Source: Macrostomum lignano
Lineage: Eukaryota
NCBI GenBank assembly: GCA_002269645.1
Contig: NIVC01000108.1
Coordinates: forward strand, 1 to 64,000
Length of the DNA stretch: 64,000 nucleotides
Direction of reading: 5' to 3'
A program made the translations under genes and the position numbers. The notes under the pieces were generated by a model. It saw only the letters and a list, made by a program, of their open reading frames with translations, made no database searches and was not told the origin of the DNA. Numbering within the stretch: the first letter of the stretch is position 1; the number at the start of each line of letters is the position of its first letter. This document shows, piece by piece, positions 38,024 to 49,299 of this stretch.

Positions 38024-39513
38024 CCAGATGCTGCACTTTTGTAGCATGGCTTTGTTTCTTAACTACAGATGAACAATTTTTAGAGCTTATTAAAAAGTTA
38101 TAGAAGCCCCTTGGCCTTGGCAGTCAACTTACTTGAGTATATTAGAATAAAAAAGGCTTCTATCACAAAACAAAAACATTAATTTTGTATAGTCAGAGAC
38201 AAAAAATAAGCCCCCAATTATTTTCTTAGTAGTATTTCTTAGTTTTATATTTTCTTAGTAGTTTTAGTTGTTCCTGATATATAACAGAGATGATAAACCA
38301 AATGAAATTAAATACTTTACTTTAGTTAGTTAGTTAGATGATATTGATAGGTCTAGAATTCTGCCATAGTTATACATTGATATGGCCATAAGAAGTTGAG
38401 GATAATATTATAAAAATAATTGTATTACCTTTTTGTAATCTACATGATACAAAATCGTTAATGAAGTGATCACAAAATGAATACCCTCTTCATTTTCATT
38501 ATCATATCAGATTCTACATTTGCCAAATTTACTATTTAAGGGATCATATTATGAAAATGAATATTTAGTGTGGCTTCTCATTGATTTGTATTTTTAATTA
38601 TTTAATTTCATTATGATAAAGTGAAGACTGACCTTGCTTTGACTTTTTTAATGGGGATCTAATAATAAATCAATGGCAATGCATCAACTAGGTGCAAGAG
38701 GATCATATCATATAACAAAACAGTGCAACAAAGGGGATTGCATAATAAAAGAATGCCAAAATCCTTTGCTAAAGTTTATTGATATTATAAAATTTTAACC
38801 TTATGAAGTGTTACTAGAGTTTTCAATGTGAAATTTTGACCTTGTGAAAATACTGTATTAAATAGTAAAAATAAATGAATATTGCTAGTTTTAAAGCTTT
38901 AAGTGCCTAGGGTTGGGGTCTTATGCAATAGATTTTTATCTCCTATAAGCATTGTGTAGATATACTTTGTCTTTACCACTAAGTTAGTAGAGTAGTTTTT
39001 GAAGTACTACTATCAAAATAATTTTGAAGGTAAGCCTAGTGGAGGCTAGATTGAGATTTTTTATTTTAAATGCAAGGAGAATTATTAGGTTCTGTGAACA
39101 GGGATTTATGGGGCCAAAGGGGTAGCTTCTCTCTTTGATAGACATGAAAAAATGAGAGAATCAAGTTAATTTTTGCAAGAATATAATGCCACCTCTTTTA
39201 TTACCCCAGACCCTAGAATATAAAATATGATAATCAAAAAAGCCTTTTGGTGTTAATTATAGAACAATGGTAGCTTTTACAATATTTACTCTTAAGCAAC
39301 TTATAAAAGTTCCAATCCAATATTAAAACTGTATAATTTAGTTAGAGTTTAGTAATTATTGCAGAAATGGCTAAAACTTGATTAGCTGCTTTGACAGATA
39401 ATTGGCTGTTTATAAATATTTATCCATACAATTATAATTACAAATTCAAGCTACAAAAAATCAATTTAAAAAACCTTTATGGATTACAAATCCATGCTTT
39501 GCAGCAAAAAGCC

Positions 39514-42435
39514 ATGTATTACTTGAGGATCCTATTCTCATTGGTGTTTCCTTTCTTTGTTGCCAAGGCTGGGTTAAAGAAGAAATCGCTATCTTTTTCT
39601 GGAGCATTGCTAGGTGAGCTGAGTTGTGCTAAGAGTCTAAGAGTCTTAGTGGAAAAAACAAAGCTGAAAAACACCAATCTCACTAGGATAGTTCTGGAAT
39701 GCAAATTGCAGACTTACATGGGGAGGCTGCAATTGCCAGAGGCAGCTGCTGTGAAGCACTGCAGCCTTCCAGCACCAAGGCCTTGGTCTGTCAGTCAGTT
39801 GGCAATCTGCAGGCCTCAGAGCCTCCCCACCTACTGTTTCAGGCTATGCCATTGGCGCCCTGCTGGCCTACGCCAACGCTTGCTATGTGGCAGCCCTGCT
39901 GGCCTTCTTCGCCTCCGGCTCCTATGTGACCCGCCTGGGCGCCCATCGGAAGGTCCGTCTGGAGGCCGACTTTGAGCAGGGCGCGCAGCGCAACTGGATA
40001 CAGGTGTGTGGGCCTGAGTTATTTGTTGCCATGAAACCGGCTCCCTAAGCCTTAACAAATTATCACGATATTCGCTGAGCTTACGTTCCATCCTTGGAGC
40101 AAAGGATCGCACGTGGCAGAGTGGCCTGACCTCTCTCCTGAATTCATCCCGGACTGCCCCGACTTCCCCCTCCCTTCACGCAGGTCCTCTGCAACGGCCT
40201 TGCCGCGGCCCTGTGCGCCGTCGCCTACCTCGCCTTCGCCTCGCCTCCGCGACCCGAGCTGCCAATCGACCTCGCCCGCTACCCGTCGCCTTCTTACGTC
40301 TCCCTGGCCCTGCTGGCCGCCCTGGCCGCCTGCTGCGGCGACACCTGGGCCTCCGAGGTCGGCGCCGCTTTCGCCTGGGGCCAGCCGCGCCTCATCATCG
40401 GCCTTCGCCGAGTCCCGCCGGGCACCAACGGCGGCGTCTCCCTGGTCGGAACGGCGGCCAGCTGCGCCGGCGGCGGTATTGTTGGCCTCGCCTACTGGCT
40501 GGCCGTCTGCGCCGCCGTGCCCGCCGACGACCTGATAGCCGCGCCGCCACAGCTGCCGCTCCTGCTGGCCGCCGGTGCCGCCGCCGGCTTCATCGGCTCG
40601 CTGGTGGACTCCCTGCTGGGCGCCACCCTGCAGTACTCAGGTGAGTTTAGCTCAGCTGAGATCTGGTGTATTACCTGTCTGCTCATCTCCTTGGCCACCT
40701 CGCACCACAGAATATACACAGAATGCGGATTCGAGCATTTTTGTTTAAAAAATCGGTGCAAGAATTGAAATTACACCAGCCTACTCTTGTTGTGAAGCTT
40801 TGATAAGTAGGGCTTGAGTTTTTGCCATAGACTATTCTAAGAGCGACTTTTATTCTTTGCTTTCAAATGAAAACTAAGTTCAGTGTGAGCTTTTCTGCGC
40901 AGCATGGCTGGAAAATCCACTGTCAACCACTTGTTGGGCTGTCTATCGCAGACCAACAGCAACTGCGAGAACGATGGCAGCACCTTGCTGACCGAGTTTC
41001 AGGCCAAAGTAACAGCAAGTGCAAGTGCGCCCAGTCCTGGTCCGCAGGGCGATGGTCTGATTTCAGCAGACTCCACTGAGGAAGCTCAAGACCTGCCTGC
41101 TGGCACAGTTGGCTGGATCATTCCCAACAAGGCAGTATATCTGCAGTCTGTCAGATGGAGCGCTCCTTCACGACAACGGACAAAGAGTTGTTCGTTCTGA
41201 AGGACGTGAGCAAACGGCTTCAGGAAAAGTTCTTTCCCATTGTTCTTGCAAATATTCAGACGCACAGCTCGGATCACGGCGAACGCTGTGCTAAGGCAAT
41301 GGCTAAGTTGTTTGCCAGACTTCGCCTGCATCACTGGTGCAACAGCCAGAGGACGCTCGCTCAGCAGAGAAAGCGGGGGCGTACGACAGGAATAAAGAGA
41401 GCTGAAGAGAGGAAGAAGCTGATGCGATTAAATGCTGTTTAACTGTTGTTTGTTGATGATGCGAATGAATTCTGCTTAACTGGAGTTCTTCAAAGTGTTT
41501 GGTTTGTTTAGATGATAAAATACGAAAAAATTATACAATTTTACACTTGGTCCTCCAGGTTACTTATTATTCTTCGCTAATTTATACTACTAGCTATAGA
41601 CTTCACAACAAGAGTAGTGCACACGAATTTTAATTCGGCTTCATTGAAATCGCTCGATTTGGCATTCTGTGTATATTCTGTGCCTCGCACCCTTGACATC
41701 CTCATTGGCGCCCCTTGACATCCTCATTGGCGCCCCTTGACATCCTCATTGGCGCCCCTTGACATCCTCATTGGCGCCCCTTGACATCCTCATTATCGCC
41801 CCTTGACATCCTCATTGGCGCCCCTTGACATCCTCATTGGCGCCCCTTGACATCCTCATTGGCGCCCCTTGACATCCTCATTGGCGCCCCTTGACATCCT
41901 CATTGGCGCCCCTTGACATCCTCATTGGCGCCCCTTGACATCCTCATTGGCGCCCCTTGACATCCTCATTGGCGCCCCTTGACATCCTCATTGGCGCCCC
42001 TTGACATCCTCATTGGCGCCCCTTGACATCCTCATTGGCGCCCCTTGACATCCTCATTATCGCCCTTGACATCCTCATTAGCGTCCCTTGACATCCTCAT
42101 TAGCGTCCCTTGGCACCTCATTGTTGGCCCTTGGCACCTCATTGTTGGCCCTTGACATCCTCATTGGCGCCCCTTGACATCCTCATTAGCGCCCTTTGGC
42201 ACCTCATTAGCGCCCCTTGGCACCCATTGTTGGCCCTTGGCATTCAGTGGCGCCCCTTCGCTTCCCAGGCTTCGACATCGACACGGGGCTGGTGACGGAG
42301 CACCCCGGGCCGCGAATCCGCCACATCAGCGGCTGCCGGGTGCTGAACAATCACCTGGTTAACCTGCTGTCATCCGTTATCACCTGCCTGCTGCTGCCCC
42401 GACTGGCTTTGGCAGCGACGCCTTGGCTGCTGTGA
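39514..42435 (+). CDS. TMEM19: Transmembrane protein 19 (DUF92 family), about 294 aa, 4 exons
   Basis: Exons 39514-39613, 39843-40003, 40184-40640 and 42269-42435 join in frame (885 nt). Motifs: KKKSLSFSGA, QRNWIQVLCNG, GDTWASEVG, GTNGGVS, DSLLGATLQYSG, LNNHLVN. Confidence 0.93.
40904..41442 (+). pseudogene. Nested intronic ORF, 179 aa if one missing base near 41151 is restored; resembles a P-element/THAP9-type transposase C-terminus
   Basis: Two overlapping ORFs (40904-41200 and 41155-41442) join with +1 nt. Acceptor-like ttttctgcgcag lies directly before the ATG. Pattern GWIIPN...ERSF...H...LFARLRLHHWCN...RKKLMRL. The family resemblance is from memory, not from a search. Confidence 0.45.
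41690..42240. repeat. 22-bp minisatellite in TMEM19 intron 3
   Basis: Unit CCTTGACATCCTCATTGGCGCC. Confidence 0.95.
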
Positions 42436-42531
42436 GCACCTGCCGGTGTCAATCCAGGGCTCCTGATCACTGATTTCCAGCTGTTCTGTACATGCCTAAT
42501 TGCCGCCACTGATATAATCCGCTATACTAAG

Positions 42532-42537
42532 AATAAA
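42532..42537 (+). terminator. Probable TMEM19 polyadenylation signal AATAAA
   Basis: About 100 nt after the TMEM19 stop. Confidence 0.55.
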
Positions 42538-42744
42538 GCCAACTTTGCCAGATAATTCCGTATCTTGATGATAAAATTCAACTGCCATTGGTTTCCAAAT
42601 ATACTGCTGCATTTTTAATGGGAGTAAGTTTACAAGAGTGAATGATGACTGTTTGTTTGATTCTTTTGTTAGGGAACAATTGGCAAGCTTTGTTGCTCCT
42701 TTATAGTTTTAGATTTATTCTAAGTTATACTAGTTATAGCCAGT

Positions 42745-43270
42745 GTGACACAGCCATTAGTGTAATACTGTCATTAGTCACACAGCCATTAGTGTAATAC
42801 TGTCATTAGTATCACACAGCCATTAGTGTAATACTGTCATTAGTATCACACAGCCATTAGTGTGACTCTGTCATTAGTATCACACAGCTATTAATGTGAC
42901 ACTGTCATTAGTATCACACAGCCATTAGTGTGACACTGTTATTAGTATCACACAGCCATTAGTGTGACACTGTCATTAGTATCACACAGCCATTAGTGTG
43001 ACACTGTCATTAGTATCACGCAGACATTAGTGTGACACTGTTATTAGTATCACACAGCCATTAGTGTGACACTGTCATTAGTATCACACAGCCATTAGTG
43101 TGACACTGTCATTAGTATCACACAGCCATTAGTGTGACACTGTCATTAGTATCACGCACCCATTAGTGTGACACTGTCATTAGTATCATACAGCCAGTAT
43201 CACACAGCCAGTATCACACAGTCAGTATCACACAGTCAGTATCACATAGCCAGTATCACACAGCCAGTGT
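42745..43270. repeat. 34-bp satellite between TMEM19 and LIG3
   Basis: Unit CACACAGCCATTAGTGTGACACTGTCATTAGTAT. Confidence 0.93.
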
Positions 43271-43381
43271 CGCATATTAATCATACAACACTGGCCTCAT
43301 CCCTGTCCCCCCCCCCTCTCAGCGCATTGTCCCGTCCGCGGCCGCCAGCAGCGCCCCATCAGCGAAAGCAGCAACCAGGCA

Positions 43382-44878
43382 ATGTCGAACGTCGGCAGCT
43401 TCGGCTGCGAGTACGCCAAGCGCGGCACGGCCGGCTGCAAGCAGTGCAAGCAGAAGATTGACAAGGACACCCTGCGCCTCTGCAAGGTGGCCGCCAACCC
43501 GTTCTCGTCCGAGGGCGGCGAGATGAAGATGTGGTACCACGCCGGCTGCCTGTTCTCCACGTTCGAGCGGGCCCGCGCCACCACGCGGGTTGTGGAGTCG
43601 CTGGACGATTTGGACGGCGCCGAATCGCTGCAGGACGCCGACAAGAAGCTGCTGCAGCGCCTCATCGACGATCTCGCCGAGAAGCGGCGCAACAAAGCGG
43701 CCGGCGGCGCCAGGGCGTCACCGAAGAAGCTGGTGCAGACCACCCTGCCCGTCAGCCCCGCTGGCAAGGCCTCCGCCGGAGCCTCCGCTGCCGCCTCCTC
43801 TGCCGCCGCCTCTGCCGCCGCCTCGACCTCGCCAACTCGAGCGCCGCTGTCGATGGCCGGTCCAGGCGACTCGCCCGAAGACGCTGCCAAGGACAACGCG
43901 TTTCGCACCTTCCGCAAACTCGTGGCCGAAATTGCAGACCGGCCGGGCTATTCGGACAAGACCCGGGTGCTGGCCGAGTTTCTAGCCAAGTAAAATGGCC
44001 TGACTCTGGTGCTTCCCTCTGGCTGCTTCTTAGTCAACCCAGTGTCTCCCAGTGAGTCACTGCTGACCCACCCAAGTGTCCCCCAGTGAGTCACTGCTGA
44101 CCCACCCCAGTGTCCCCCAGTGAGTCACTGCTGACCCACCCCAGTGTCCCCCAGTGAGTCACTGCTGACCCACCCCAGTGTCCCCCAGTGAGTCACTGCT
44201 GACCCACCCCAGTGTCCCCCAGTGAGTCACTGCTGACCCACCCCAGTGTCCCCCGGTGAGTCACTGCTGACCCACCCCAGTGTCCTTCAGTGAGTCACTG
44301 CTGACCCACCCCAGTGTCCTTCAGTGAGTCACTGCTGACCCACCCCAGTGTCCTTCAGTGAGTCACTGCTGACCCATCCCAGCTAAGCCATCAACTCTGC
44401 CGCGCCAAATTTTTTCGCAGAGGCTCCACGGGCGGCGGCTTCAAAGGCGACCTGAGCCTGCTAATTCGCCTGCTGCTGCCGGGCGTTGAACGCCGCGTCT
44501 ACAACGTGAAGGATCGCCAGCTGCTGAAGATTTTCAGCGGCATCCTCGGCGCGCCCATTGACGCGATGCAGGTGGGAGAGACCGGCTCCCGCGTTTTCTG
44601 GTGCAGCTGGCAATCCAAGCCGCTCGCGGTTGACTGAGTCGCCCGTCCTCCCTCAAATGTCTTTCAGGAACTGCTCAACTCCAATGGCGACATCGCCGAG
44701 ACAGTCGGCATCGAGTTCGACAAGCGGGGCAGCGGCGCCGCCAAGAGCAGTCTGAGTATGCAGGAGGTGGACGCCTTCCTGGACCGGCTGGCCGGCCTTA
44801 GCCGCGAGGACGACCAGGGCGCCGCCTTCAAGCAGCTGGCCGCCAAGTGAGACAGATAGATAGTTAGACAGACAGACA

Positions 44879-44911
<33 letters not shown>

Positions 44912-44973
44912 ACAGACAGACAGACAGACAGACAGAAAGGCAGGCAGACAGACAGACAGACAGAAAGGCAGGC

Positions 44974-45043
<70 letters not shown>

Positions 45044-47635
45044 ACAGACAGACAGACAGACAGAAAGGCAGGCAGACAGACAGACAGAAAGGCAGGCAGA
45101 CAGACAGACAGGCAGGCAGGCAGAAAGGCAGGCAGGCAGGCAGACAGACGCATAGCAGTCCCATCACTGTGTCACAGCAGCCAACTGCTCCCCTCCACCC
45201 AGGTGCACCGGCAACGACCTGCGCATGGTGCTGCGTCTGGTGCGCCACGACTTGCGCATGAACGCCGGTTCCAAGCACATCCTGGACGCCATCGACCCCA
45301 ACGCTTACGCGGCCTTCCAGGCCTCCAGGAACCTGCACGACGTGCTCCAGCGAGCCCTGGCCGCCAAGGCCAGCCCCGTGAAGCGAAACCTCAGCGTCCG
45401 GGCCGCTCTCATGACGCCCGTCCTGCCAATGCTGGCCGAGGCCTGCCGCTCCGTTGAACACGTGAGATTTGATTTGAGTCACACTGGCAGCTGTGTGATG
45501 GCTGAGATCTGTGAGATGTGAGATTTGAGTCACACTGGCAGCTGTGTGATGGCTGAGATCAGTGAGATCAGCTGAGATCGGCGCTCACCCCTCCCTCAGG
45601 CCATGCGCCGCTGCCCGAACGGGTTCTACGCGGAGATCAAGTACGATGGAGAGCGGGTGCAGGTGCACAAGCAGGGCCAGCAGTTCTCCTACTTCAGCCG
45701 CTCGCTCAAGCCTGTGCAGCCGCACAAGGTAAGTAGCCAGGTATTTGTCAAGTACTTGCGTGTCAGTCACTGCCAGCCCCTGCAAGCCGAACTGCTATCC
45801 CCATTCTCCAACTCGCAGGTGGCCCACCTGAAGGAGTTCATTCCGCGCGCCTTCCCCGGCGGCGACAATCTGATTGTGGACGCCGAGGTGCTGCTCATGG
45901 ACACCAAGACCGACAAGCCGCTGCCGTTTGGCACCCTCGGCGTGCACAAAAAGGAGGCCTTTAAAGATGCCACCGTCTGTCTGTTTGTGTTCGACTGTCT
46001 GCAGTTTAACAATGACAATCTGATGCTGCGGCCTCTGAAGGAACGGAGAGAGGTGCGTTGGATACAAAGCTTTGCTTCTCTTCTACTAAGTACTCGCGTA
46101 CGTAAGCTTTCGTGTGCTTAGGTACTCGCGTACGTAAGTTTTCCTGTACTCAAGTACTTGCGTACGTAAGTTCTCGTGTGCGTAAGTACATGTACTCGCG
46201 TACATAAGTTTTTCTGTACTCAAGTACTTGCGTACGTAAGTTCTCGTGTGCGTAAGTACATGTACTCGCGTACATAAGTTTTTCTGTACTCAAGTACTTG
46301 CGTACGTAAGTTATCGCGTACGTAAGTTCTCGTGTACTTAAGTACTTGCGTACGTAATTTCTCATGTACTTAAGTACTCGCATACTAAAGCTCTTGAGTA
46401 CTTTTACGATTAAATAGTATCTGTCGGATCACTTGCAACCAGGTTCTGGAGCGCAGCATGCAGGAGGTGAAGCATCGAGTCCACCTGTCTGAGGCCGAGC
46501 TCATCCGCAGTCCGGCGCCTCTGGAACGCCTGCTGAAGCGCGTCTTCAACGAGGGTCTCGAAGGCCTGGTGCTGAAGTCGTTGGACGGCGTCTACGAGCC
46601 CGGCAAGCGGCACTGGCTGAAGATGAAGAAGGACTACCTGCACGACGGAGCCATGGCGGACTCCGCCGACCTGGTGGTGCTGGGCGGCTACTACGGCACC
46701 GGCAGCAAAGGCGGCCAGCTGTCCATCTTCCTCATGGGCTGCCACGACGGCGAGGGCACCTGGCGAACCGTCTGCAAGTGTGCCAACGGCTTCGATGATG
46801 CCACGGTGGCCAAACTGCAGAAGTCCATCGACTGGGTCAAGTGAGCTGATGGTCTTTGTTGTGAATGCCAGCTGGTCACGTGATCAGTGATTCCAGACCC
46901 ATACCGGGAGCTGCTACCTGGTCACGTGATCAATGATCCCAGTAATGGTCACGTGACGCGGCTTTGCCCCTCCCCCGCAGGTACGACCGCCGCTCGCCGC
47001 CCAGCTGGCTTCGCTGCAGCAGCGGCCTCCTGCCCGACTGCCTGGTGCGCGACCCGAAGGCCTCCCCGGTGTGGGAGATCACTGGCGCCGAGTTCTCGCA
47101 CTCCTCGCAGCACACGGCCGGCGGCGTTGGCATCCGGTTTCCCCGGGTCACAAAGGTCCGCGACGACAAGACCTGGCGGGAGGCCACCAACCTCCAGAGG
47201 CTGCAGAAACTCGCCGCCGAGTCCAAGCGCTTCACTGGCGACGCCGGCGGCGATGGCGGCGACGACGATGACGAGGACGACGGCGAAGCTGCGGCCGCCC
47301 CGCCGCCGAAGAAGGCGCCAGCCGGCAGGAAGCTGGCGAAGTCGGCGGAGGCCTCGTCGTCGTCGCCGCCGAAGCGGCAGCGGCTGCAGCTGCCCGACGC
47401 GCTGAAGTCGGCACGGATCTGCTTCGCCGCCGAGGTGCTGCCGGCCGAACGGCGCGAACTCGAGCGCCTCGTCTTCGCCTACGATGGCGACGTGGTTGAC
47501 GAAGCGGCTGACGCCACCCACCTTGTGCGGCCGGACGGCGCCGCGGCCGGCGACTCGGCGCCCGGGGTGGCCGTTGGCAGCGTCAGCTGGCTCAGGCGGT
47601 GCCTGGCCGCGCGGCGGCTCCTGCCGGTCACGTGA
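43382..47635 (+). CDS. LIG3: DNA ligase III (PARP-type zinc finger, adenylation, OB and BRCT domains), about 870 aa, 8 exons
   Basis: Exons 43382-43989, 44421-44571, 44668-44846, 45203-45461, 45600-45728, 45819-46052, 46443-46840 and 46981-47635 join in frame (2613 nt). Motifs: EYAKRGTAGCKQC...WYHAGC zinc finger, EIKYDGER active site, EGLVLK, YEPGKRHWLKMKKDYL, SIRFPR-like GIRFPRVTKVRDDK. Confidence 0.96.
44035..46400. repeat. LIG3 intronic repeats: 34-bp (44035-44385), (CAGA/CAGG)n (44865-45150) and degenerate GTAC-palindrome repeats (46085-46400)
   Basis: Direct inspection. Confidence 0.9.
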
Positions 47636-48228
47636 CCCAGTAATTGTTAGACACCTGTGTAGACTATTTTAATTAACCCTTACTATGGTTTGCTGTCGTT
47701 TGCGTTGGCCTCTCTTTCCTGGGCTATTATTATTAATCCTTGCACCGCAGGCGTGCTCGAACCACCGCTGCTCTGTGACTCGTCTGTTTTATTTGTAGTT
47801 GAATTTTTTTTATTACTTTTTACTCTGTGTGTGTTGGCCAGTCCTTTATAAAGGAACTTTAATCAGCATAGCCGTACTACTCATTTTATTCATATAAGTA
47901 GTATGCATGTATATCGTGTATGCCAGTGCCTTTTTATTGTCGCTAAATGAGTAGACAGTTCTACTATAATCATCCAATAGCTTAATTCATTTCAACTCTG
48001 TCCATGACAAAGAATCTTTCTTAATTGGCTCTCGTGCACCAATTTCCAAATGTTAAATACAATTATTTATGTACTTTTATGTGCACAGACTCCTGCATCA
48101 GATTACATTCCGCACATTAAAAAGCAACTGACTTAGCGTCCGTTCTTCTTTCGTCTTTTTCTTTCTGGGAGATTCCAAACGCCAGCTTAAGGGCACGACC
48201 CGATTTTGTTCGAGTTTTGTTTCCATCT

Positions 48229-48862
48229 TCACATTCAGTAACACGTGTGAGAGGCCTTACCGCAGCTTCACACTCTCAGTCACACGGGTGAGAGGCCTTA
48301 CCGCAGATTCACACTCTCAGTCACACGGGTGAGAGGCCTTACCGCAGATTCACACTCTCAGTAACACGTGTGAGAGGCCTTACCGCAGCTTCACACTCTC
48401 AGTCACACGGGTGAGAGGCCTTACCGCAGATTCACACTCTCAGTCACACGGGTGAGAGGCCTTACCGCAGATTCACACTCTCAGTAACACGTGTGAGAGG
48501 CCTTACCGCAGCTTCACACTCTCAGTCACACGTGTGAGAGGCCTTACCGCAGCTTCACACTCTCAGTCACACGGGTGAGAGGCCTTACCGCAGCTTCACA
48601 CTCTCAGTCACACGGGTGAGAGGCCTTACCGCAGCTTCACACTCTCAATCACACGGGTGAGAGGCCTTACCGCAGATTCACACTCTCAGTCACACGGGTG
48701 AGAGGCCTTACCGCAGCTTCACACTCTCAGTCACACGGGTGAGAGGCCTTACCGCAGCTTCACACTCTCAGTCACACGGGTGAGAGGCCTTACCGCAGCT
48801 TCACACTCTCAGTCACACGGGTGAGAGGCCTTACCGCAAATCAACACTCTCGCAGTCACACG
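48229..48862 (+). repeat. 41-bp satellite, about 15 copies, whose unit translates as HTLSHTGERPYRS
   Basis: Unit CACACTCTCAGTCACACGGGTGAGAGGCCTTACCGCAGCTT. Confidence 0.95.
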
Positions 48863-48965
48863 TTTGCGAGTTTGCGACCGCAGATTCGAGCTGCGCCATC
48901 AGCGCAAGCTGCATTAGAGGCTGCACACAGGTGACAAGAAGAGACCTGCGAACTTTGCGGAATGA
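48862..48965 (+). pseudogene. Decayed C2H2 zinc-finger fragment
   Basis: With two 1-bp gaps and one TAG it reads VCEF(C)DRRFELRHQRKLH*RLHTGDKK..CELCGM. This has exact C-x2-C-x12-H-x3-H spacing, a TGxK linker and the start of the next finger. Confidence 0.7.
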
Positions 48966-49299
48966 ATACAGTTTTGCCTAGTCTTTCAAAATTAATTGCA
49001 CTTGCAAAATGACATGTTTTGACTTGTACTTTTAATAGTGTGTGCTACAATAATTCATTCGGTGTTGCATCGTGAATATCGATTTCAAGGACCTTTAGAA
49101 GTTATTGTTGTATCATGGATTGTTGTATCATGGACGGTACAACGGTAACTTCCATATTCTGTGGTAACTTCTAGTGGTCCTTGATTAATCAATCAACTTA
49201 TTTGTCGTCGGATTTAATATGCGGATACTAGCGAGGTCTATCTAATTTCTATGTCGATAAGCACTACTTTAATTATATTCAAATTGAGCCACGTGCAGA

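Noticed and set aside
46877-46956. Three CACGTG E-boxes in LIG3 intron 7 and one at its stop codon
   Set aside because: The cluster is explained by a short local duplication, and nothing supports regulatory use.
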